Source: an uncultured bacterium
Lineage (GTDB): Bacteria; Patescibacteriota; Minisyncoccia; Phycocordibacterales; CAIZLB01
Length of the DNA: 64,000 nt
Assembly (NCBI GenBank): GCA_903864515.1
Contig: CAIPFZ010000018.1
Span: 17,290-81,289, forward strand
Direction of reading: 5' to 3'
In this document: positions 58,405 through 64,000 of the stretch, one piece after another
Position numbering within the stretch: position 1 is the stretch's first letter
Layout: every line of letters begins with the position of its first letter
Notes under the pieces: generated by a model
Database searches by the model: none
The model's input: only the letters and a program-made list of their open reading frames with translations
What the model was told of the DNA's origin: nothing
Made by a program: the position numbers and the translations under genes

Positions 58405-59352
58405 ATGATTCTACTTCGAGGAACTGATATAAGAGATGGTAAAAGAGAAAACTTACGCTCTAGAATTAATGACATAAAAGAAAAAGAGGGGGATAAGTTT
58501 ATTCCTCCAACTCTAGTAATATTTCAAATTGGGGACAATGCGTCTTCTACTGTTTATATTGGGCAAAAGAAAAAGTTTGCAGAATATGTTGGCGCTTTGG
58601 TTTTGCACATTAATCTTCCTGAGTATGTAAGTGAATCTGATTTAATTGCAGAAATAAATAATTATAATATGGACGATTCAGTTCATGGAATAATTGTTCA
58701 ATTACCACTACCAAGACATTTATCAGTTCACAATATCACAAATGCTATTGATTATAGAAAAGATGTTGATGGATTGAGTAGTACTAGTCTTGGTCTTCTT
58801 GTTCAGAGGAATTTTAAATTAGATAATGATGTAATTAAAGGAGGTGAGAGTATGGATAAGTTTAAAAACCTAGATTTTAAAGGCTTTATTCCAGCTACAG
58901 CTAAGGGGGTAATCACTTTACTCGATGAGTATGGTATTGAGGTTGAGGGTAAATCGGTTTGTGTGATTGGACGTTCTGTTCTTGTTGGTAAACCAATCTC
59001 ACTTGTTATGCTTGCAAAAAATGCAACTGTAACAATCTGTCACTCCAGAACCGCTAATTTAAATGAGATTACTAAACGATCAGATATTTTAATATCAGCA
59101 ATTGGAAAGCCTGGATTTATCGATAAAACTTTTGTTAGAGAAAATCAAATTTTAATTGATATTGGTATTACATCTGTTGATGTAAAAACTGGAGAAGGAG
59201 AAAATGTTAGAAAAGTTTGTGGTGATTTTGATTTTGAAAAAATAAAAGATGCTGTTGAAGCGATAACTCCAGTTCCAGGTGGAGTTGGTCCGCTCACTGT
59301 TGTATCTCTTTTTGAAAATTTATTTGAATCTTTTCACAATTCTCTGCTATAA
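58405..59352 (+). CDS. folD: Bifunctional methylenetetrahydrofolate dehydrogenase/cyclohydrolase
   Basis: VQLPLP, KDVDG, GRSVLVGKP, TPVPGGVGPLT. Confidence 0.96.
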   Translation: MILLRGTDIRDGKRENLRSRINDIKEKEGDKFIPPTLVIFQIGDNASSTVYIGQKKKFAEYVGALVLHINLPEYVSESDLIAEINNYNMDDSVHGIIVQLPLPRHLSVHNITNAIDYRKDVDGLSSTSLGLLVQRNFKLDNDVIKGGESMDKFKNLDFKGFIPATAKGVITLLDEYGIEVEGKSVCVIGRSVLVGKPISLVMLAKNATVTICHSRTANLNEITKRSDILISAIGKPGFIDKTFVRENQILIDIGITSVDVKTGEGENVRKVCGDFDFEKIKDAVEAITPVPGGVGPLTVVSLFENLFESFHNSLL

Positions 59353-59359
59353 TGTATTT

Positions 59360-60349
59360 ATGGCAATCAAAAAAGATATTACAAAAACTAATGAGTCCAC
59401 AAAAATTCTAGAACTAAATTCATTATTAAAAATTGTTTCAATTTTATTCATATTATCATTAACGGTTTTGACGGTTTATTATATTTCAGGAGAGAAGAGG
59501 GGTAAAATGGCGGATCAAAATTTAATTGTTGTTTCTGGTCATGGAGAAATGAATGTTAAACCAGATACTACAAAGTTCACAATTTCTGTAACTGAGTCAG
59601 GTAGAGATGTTAAATCATCTCAGGAAGCAACAACAAATAAAATAAATGCTGCTATTGTTATTTTAAAACAAAATGGAGTGTTGGATAAAAATATTAAAAC
59701 ATTAAATTTTAATACTTATCCAAAATATAGTTCCAAGACATCTGCTTGCGCTACAGAGCCTGTAGTTATTAAAAATAAGGCAACATCAGTTTCCAATACT
59801 AAGGGGGCGGCGACATCAACTGCAGTTAAGTCTGCAGCACCTGTTGCTGCAACAAAGGTTGCGGGTGGTAAGGCGGGCGTTACTATTGCACCAGTTCTGT
59901 CTTCAGTTACGAATCCATCACCTTGTGTAGAAAGAACATCAGAGATTGTTGGGTATGAGACAACCCAATCTATTGAAGTAAAAATTACAGACATAAGTAG
60001 GAATCCAGATTTGGCAGGCGTAGTTGTTTCTGCAGTAGGGAAGGTTGGTGTTCAAACAAGTGAGGTGACAAATTTTGTGGATAATCTAGACAAGACAAAG
60101 CAAATTGTAAGAGATCAAGCTATACAAAAGGCGAGAGTTCAAGCAGAAGATATAGCAAGGTCCTTGGGGGTTAAACTTGGTAAGGTAACATCTTTTTCTG
60201 AAAATTCTAATGGAGGATATCCATATCCTATGATGATGAGTTCTAAAATGGCTGAAATGGCTGAAACAGCTGATTCAGCAGTCGCTAACTTGCCAGTTGG
60301 AGAAAATAAGATAACATCTGATGTTAATGTGACTTATAGTATAAGATAG
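59360..60349 (+). CDS. SIMPL (DUF541) domain protein with Ala/Thr/Lys-rich insertion
   Basis: IVVSGHGEMNVKPD; AIQKARVQAEDIARSLGVKLG; GENKITSDVNVTY. Confidence 0.85.
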   Translation: MAIKKDITKTNESTKILELNSLLKIVSILFILSLTVLTVYYISGEKRGKMADQNLIVVSGHGEMNVKPDTTKFTISVTESGRDVKSSQEATTNKINAAIVILKQNGVLDKNIKTLNFNTYPKYSSKTSACATEPVVIKNKATSVSNTKGAATSTAVKSAAPVAATKVAGGKAGVTIAPVLSSVTNPSPCVERTSEIVGYETTQSIEVKITDISRNPDLAGVVVSAVGKVGVQTSEVTNFVDNLDKTKQIVRDQAIQKARVQAEDIARSLGVKLGKVTSFSENSNGGYPYPMMMSSKMAEMAETADSAVANLPVGENKITSDVNVTYSIR

Positions 60350-60383
60350 TCCTTATTCGGATTTAGGGGGACGATAGTGTGTT

Positions 60384-60412
60384 AAAAAGAGGCCTTGAAG
60401 AGGTCTCTTTTT
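60384..60412 (+). terminator. Intrinsic terminator
   Basis: aaaaagaggcct-tgaag-aggtctcttttt. Confidence 0.7.
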
Positions 60413-60480
60413 GTTGAATTTGTGGATATATCTGCTTTTATCCGCATAGCGCCTCTTTTTGTGTCAAAATAGCCAGAATG

Positions 60481-60509
60481 TTGACATTTAACCCTTTTGG
60501 CTATATACT
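60481..60509 (+). promoter_or_regulatory. Sigma70 promoter of secE-nusG-rplK
   Basis: TTGACA-17-TATACT. Confidence 0.75.
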
Positions 60510-60568
60510 TCTAAACGTTAAAATAACATCTAGAGCGCCCGAAAGGGTGTTTTAAAATACCAAAATAT

Positions 60569-60757
60569 ATGTCAATAAAACAATATATAAGTGATACAAA
60601 ATCAGAAATGAAGCATGTTAGTTGGCCAACAAGAAAGCAGACTATTGTTTACACAACACTAGTTATTGTTGTCTCACTTATCGTGGCTTTATATGTTTCT
60701 GGTCTTGATACCGTCTTTACAAGCTTGTTCAAAAGCCTTGTATTACGTTCATTTTAA
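60569..60757 (+). CDS. secE: Preprotein translocase subunit SecE
   Basis: EMKHVSWPTRK plus single TM. Confidence 0.95.
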   Translation: MSIKQYISDTKSEMKHVSWPTRKQTIVYTTLVIVVSLIVALYVSGLDTVFTSLFKSLVLRSF

Positions 60758-60777
60758 AAGTTAATTTTTAAATAACA

Positions 60778-61320
60778 ATGTCAAAACAAGAACAAGGAGA
60801 GAGGAATTGGTATGCAATTCACACATACGCTGGATATGAAAACGCTGTTATGAGAAATCTTAAGCAGCGTATTGAGTCATTGTGTATGGATGATCGTATA
60901 TTCAATGTAATCGTACCTACAGAAAAGAAGATCAAGATAAAGGGTAGTAAGAGAATTGAAGAGGATGAGAAAATATACCCAGGATATATCTTGGTGGATA
61001 TGATCGTAAATGATGATACATGGTATATGGTGAGAAACACACCAAGAGTTACAGGTTTTGTTGGTTCTGGTACAACCCCAGTTCCTCTTGATAAGAAAGA
61101 GGTTGAGGAGTTGTTTAGAAGAATGTCTAATGACAACATTAAACACACTATTAATCTTGCTATAGGAGACCTTGTTAAGGTGGCTGACGGTCCATTTAAG
61201 GACTTAGAAGGCAAGGTGTCAGAGGTTGATACAGATAGAGGAAAGGTTAGAGTCCTTGTATCAATGTTCGGTCGTGAGACACCTGTTGAGCTAGACTTCT
61301 TGCAAGTTAAGTCAATATAG
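60778..61320 (+). CDS. nusG: Transcription termination/antitermination factor NusG
   Basis: WYAIHTYAGYE, PGY, TPRVTGFVG, FGRETPVEL. Confidence 0.97.
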   Translation: MSKQEQGERNWYAIHTYAGYENAVMRNLKQRIESLCMDDRIFNVIVPTEKKIKIKGSKRIEEDEKIYPGYILVDMIVNDDTWYMVRNTPRVTGFVGSGTTPVPLDKKEVEELFRRMSNDNIKHTINLAIGDLVKVADGPFKDLEGKVSEVDTDRGKVRVLVSMFGRETPVELDFLQVKSI

Positions 61321-61406
61321 GGTATTTTATAAGAACTTGGCCAGATACGCCTGCGCTTCTCTCGCGGATTGTGGCCATAAATAAAGACAATAATTAAATA
61401 ATATTT

Positions 61407-61832
61407 ATGGCAAAAAAAATAATAAAATCATTAAAATTACAAATTCCTGCTGGAAAGGCAAATCCTGCTCCACCGGTAGGTCCTGCACTTGGTCAGGCTG
61501 GTGTTAACATTGGAGAATTCGTAAAGAGATTCAATGATGCAACAGCTTCTATGGCAGGGGATATTGTACCTGTAGTTATCTCAGTTTTTGAGGATAGAAC
61601 TTTTGACTTTGTTCTAAAGACTCCTCCAGCAGCTTCTCTTGTTTTGAAGGCAATCGGGGTTGAGAAAGGATCAAGTCACCCAAACACAAAGAAGGTTGGA
61701 AAGATCACAAAAGCTCAAGTTAAGGCAATTGCTGAGAGAAAGATGCCTGATCTAAACTCAAAAGATATAGAGGGGGCAATGAAGATGGTTGAAGGAACAT
61801 GTGCATCTCTTGGAATTGACGTTATAGCTTAA
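61407..61832 (+). CDS. rplK: 50S ribosomal protein L11
   Basis: [24 protein letters not shown]. Confidence 0.98.
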   Translation: MAKKIIKSLKLQIPAGKANPAPPVGPALGQAGVNIGEFVKRFNDATASMAGDIVPVVISVFEDRTFDFVLKTPPAASLVLKAIGVEKGSSHPNTKKVGKITKAQVKAIAERKMPDLNSKDIEGAMKMVEGTCASLGIDVIA

Positions 61833-61881
61833 TCTACGCTATCAAATAAAATAGATTAGAAATAATAAATTTTAACAAAAT

Positions 61882-61909
61882 CCTCATGGAAAAACCGTGA
61901 GGCTTTTTG
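61882..61909 (+). terminator. Terminator directly after rplK
   Basis: cctcatgg-aaaaa-ccgtgagg followed by ctttttg. Confidence 0.7.
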
Positions 61910-61945
61910 TTTGTCATTATTTTATTGCATGCTAATATAACAAAC

Positions 61946-63736
61946 ATGAACAAAGTCATTACTGATGCAATATTTAAGGTTGTTGGAGATGAAAATTCCG
62001 CAAGCTTTTTGATGGGTAAAAATCTATTGGATAGACCTGGAGACTTGTCACACGGTGATTACTCAACAAATGTTGCAATGATTTTAGCACCAAAACTTGG
62101 CGTTAAACCTATTGAATTAGCAAATCAAATTATGCAAAAACTTCAGGCGTCTATTGCAGAAGGTGTTTTGACCGGAATTGAGAAAGTTGAAGTTGCGGGT
62201 CCTGGATTTATTAATTTTTACCTTTCTCAATCTACGTCATTAGAGTTGATAAAAGAGATATTAAGTGAGGATAAGGGTGGAGATAATTATGGAAAAACAA
62301 ACCTACATGGTGGAAAGAAGATGATTTATGAATATACAGATCCAAATCCATTTAAGCAATTTCATATTGGGCACCTTATGTCGAATGCAATAGGTGAATC
62401 CCTAGCAAGACTTGGTGAGTGGTCTGGGGGAGATGTTAAAAGATATTGTTATCAAGGGGATGTTGGTAGGCATGTTGCTTTTACATTCTATGGTTTTGAT
62501 TTGCTGAAAAAAGAAGAGGGAATAGAATGGCCTAGTGAAAATCTGTCACTCAGTGAAAAGGTGGCATTTCTTGGTAAGATATACGCTAAGGGTGCAACTC
62601 ATTTTAAAGATCACGAGGAAGATGAATCTATTGTGCAAGAAATAAATAAGAAGATTTATAACAAATCTGATAATGAGCTGAACGCATTGTATGACTTGGG
62701 AAAGAAATGGAGCATGGATCACTTTGAGGAAATTTATAAAATGCTTGGAACAAAATTTAATGAATATTTCTTTGAGAGCGATAGTTCTGTTGTTGGTTTG
62801 GAAGAGGTTAAAAAAGGATTAAAGAGTGGAATATTTGAAGAAAGTGAGGGCGCTGTAATATTCAAAGGGGAAAATTATGGATTAAATACTCGTGTATTTA
62901 TTAATAAATTTGGATTACCTACATATGAAGCAAAGGAAGTTGGCCTTGCGTTACTTAAATACAATAAAGATCCATATGAAGTTTCTTTTACAATTACAGC
63001 TAATGAGCAAGATAATGTATTAGCAGTCTCATATAAAGCTATTGAGCAAATATATCCTGAAATTGCAAAGAAGAATGTTCACCTTTCACATGGAATGTTA
63101 AAACTTACCACAGGGAAGATGTCTTCAAGAACTGGCGATGTTATTACAGGTGAATCAATGTTACATGATATGACTGAGATGGCTCTTTCTAAAATGGAGG
63201 AGCGAGAGATACCTGAAGAGGAGAGAAAGGAAATTGCACAGCAAATTGCTGTATCTGCAATTAAGTACACAATACTTAGACAAACAATTGGAAAAGATAT
63301 AATATTTGACCCACAAAAATCTCTATCATTTGAAGGTGATTCTGGTCCTTATTTGCAATACTCATGTGTGCGTGCAAAATCTGTGTTAAATAAGGCAAAA
63401 AATAATGGTATTGAAATTGATCTAGACAAGATTGAAATAGAAAATCTTAAGGATTTTAAAATATGCCAATTAGGTTGGGCTGGTGGAAAGCTAGAGAAAA
63501 TGTTAGTCAGATTTCCTGAGGTATTAATAAGATCTGAGGTAGAACGTGCTCCACATTATGTGAGTCAGTACCTATTGGATGTTGCGTCTGAATTTAACTC
63601 TTTTTATGCCAATACACAGATTGTTGTAGAAGGGGATTTCCTAACTCCTTATAAAGTTGGATTAACAAAGGCGACACTTATTGTCTTAACGAATGGATTG
63701 AACGTTCTGGGTATAGAGGTGCCAAGTAGGATGTAG
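61946..63736 (+). CDS. argS: Arginine--tRNA ligase
   Basis: HGDYSTN, AGPGFINF, HIGH, KMSSRTG, GPYLQY. Confidence 0.97.
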   Translation: MNKVITDAIFKVVGDENSASFLMGKNLLDRPGDLSHGDYSTNVAMILAPKLGVKPIELANQIMQKLQASIAEGVLTGIEKVEVAGPGFINFYLSQSTSLELIKEILSEDKGGDNYGKTNLHGGKKMIYEYTDPNPFKQFHIGHLMSNAIGESLARLGEWSGGDVKRYCYQGDVGRHVAFTFYGFDLLKKEEGIEWPSENLSLSEKVAFLGKIYAKGATHFKDHEEDESIVQEINKKIYNKSDNELNALYDLGKKWSMDHFEEIYKMLGTKFNEYFFESDSSVVGLEEVKKGLKSGIFEESEGAVIFKGENYGLNTRVFINKFGLPTYEAKEVGLALLKYNKDPYEVSFTITANEQDNVLAVSYKAIEQIYPEIAKKNVHLSHGMLKLTTGKMSSRTGDVITGESMLHDMTEMALSKMEEREIPEEERKEIAQQIAVSAIKYTILRQTIGKDIIFDPQKSLSFEGDSGPYLQYSCVRAKSVLNKAKNNGIEIDLDKIEIENLKDFKICQLGWAGGKLEKMLVRFPEVLIRSEVERAPHYVSQYLLDVASEFNSFYANTQIVVEGDFLTPYKVGLTKATLIVLTNGLNVLGIEVPSRM

Positions 63737-63843
63737 GTTTGTATGTGTTTTAGGGATATGTGAAAGCTATCATCAAACCTGATTTATGCTTATAATATAT
63801 ATGTATAGTTTTTATTATACTTTATTAATTATCAAATTATAAA

Positions 63844-64000
63844 ATGTTATTTACAAATTCAAGGTTTAGTAAGATTTCAGTTTCTGTTTTGATGGTATCC
63901 TTCTCTTTGTTATCTTGGAAGGTATCATCTGCAGAAGATGGATATTGGGCTTTTAATAAATTACCTGTAACTCCAAATTATTTAACAGCATCTAGTGATG
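63844..64000 (+). CDS. 3'-truncated exported protein (signal peptide)
   Basis: MLFTNSRFSKISVSVLMVSFSLLSWKVSSAEDGYW..., open to the window end. Confidence 0.6.
   Translation, partial: MLFTNSRFSKISVSVLMVSFSLLSWKVSSAEDGYWAFNKLPVTPNYLTASSD

Noticed and set aside
42059-60429. Scattered DnaA-box matches (42059, 60076, 60421; also 19311)
   Set aside because: Isolated single sites, two inside CDSs, compatible with chance; not clustered like the oriC boxes.

Overview
AT-rich bacterial chromosome segment spanning the replication origin (yidC-rnpA-rpmH <- -> dnaA-oriC-dnaN). Gene content suggests Patescibacteria/CPR, most likely Parcubacteria (inference): rplK has no downstream rplA, and there is a CPR-type pilin, a short HolA, tRNA-Arg(GCG), and many genes lacking a Shine-Dalgarno. 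Left of oriC is a ~11.7 kb co-oriented cluster resembling a monoderm-type T4SS/conjugation apparatus (VirB6/TrbL-like, PrgI, VirB4-like ATPase, pilin, accessory exported proteins), with no relaxase, coupling protein or integrase in the window. Right of oriC are replication, repair and translation genes (pbp1A, ruvCB, ruvA, polA, holA, mutM, tsaE, rpsT, rplS, alr, secE-nusG-rplK, argS), type IV pilus genes (pilB, pilMNO), an undecaprenyl-phosphate recycling cluster and seven tRNAs. Several tRNAs have small cargo at their 3' ends (HTH-Fic, DinJ-YafQ, GIY-YIG, an orphan). The best unexplained signals are: a ~172-nt highly structured non-coding element between convergent promoters upstream of ruvB; a four-tract G-quadruplex motif plus hairpin before a compositionally mosaic secreted-protein gene; a YqgF/tRNA-binding-domain fusion; a frameshifted 2H-phosphoesterase; and pervasive leaderless-type promoter architecture. 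No CRISPR array, rRNA or transposase was seen.
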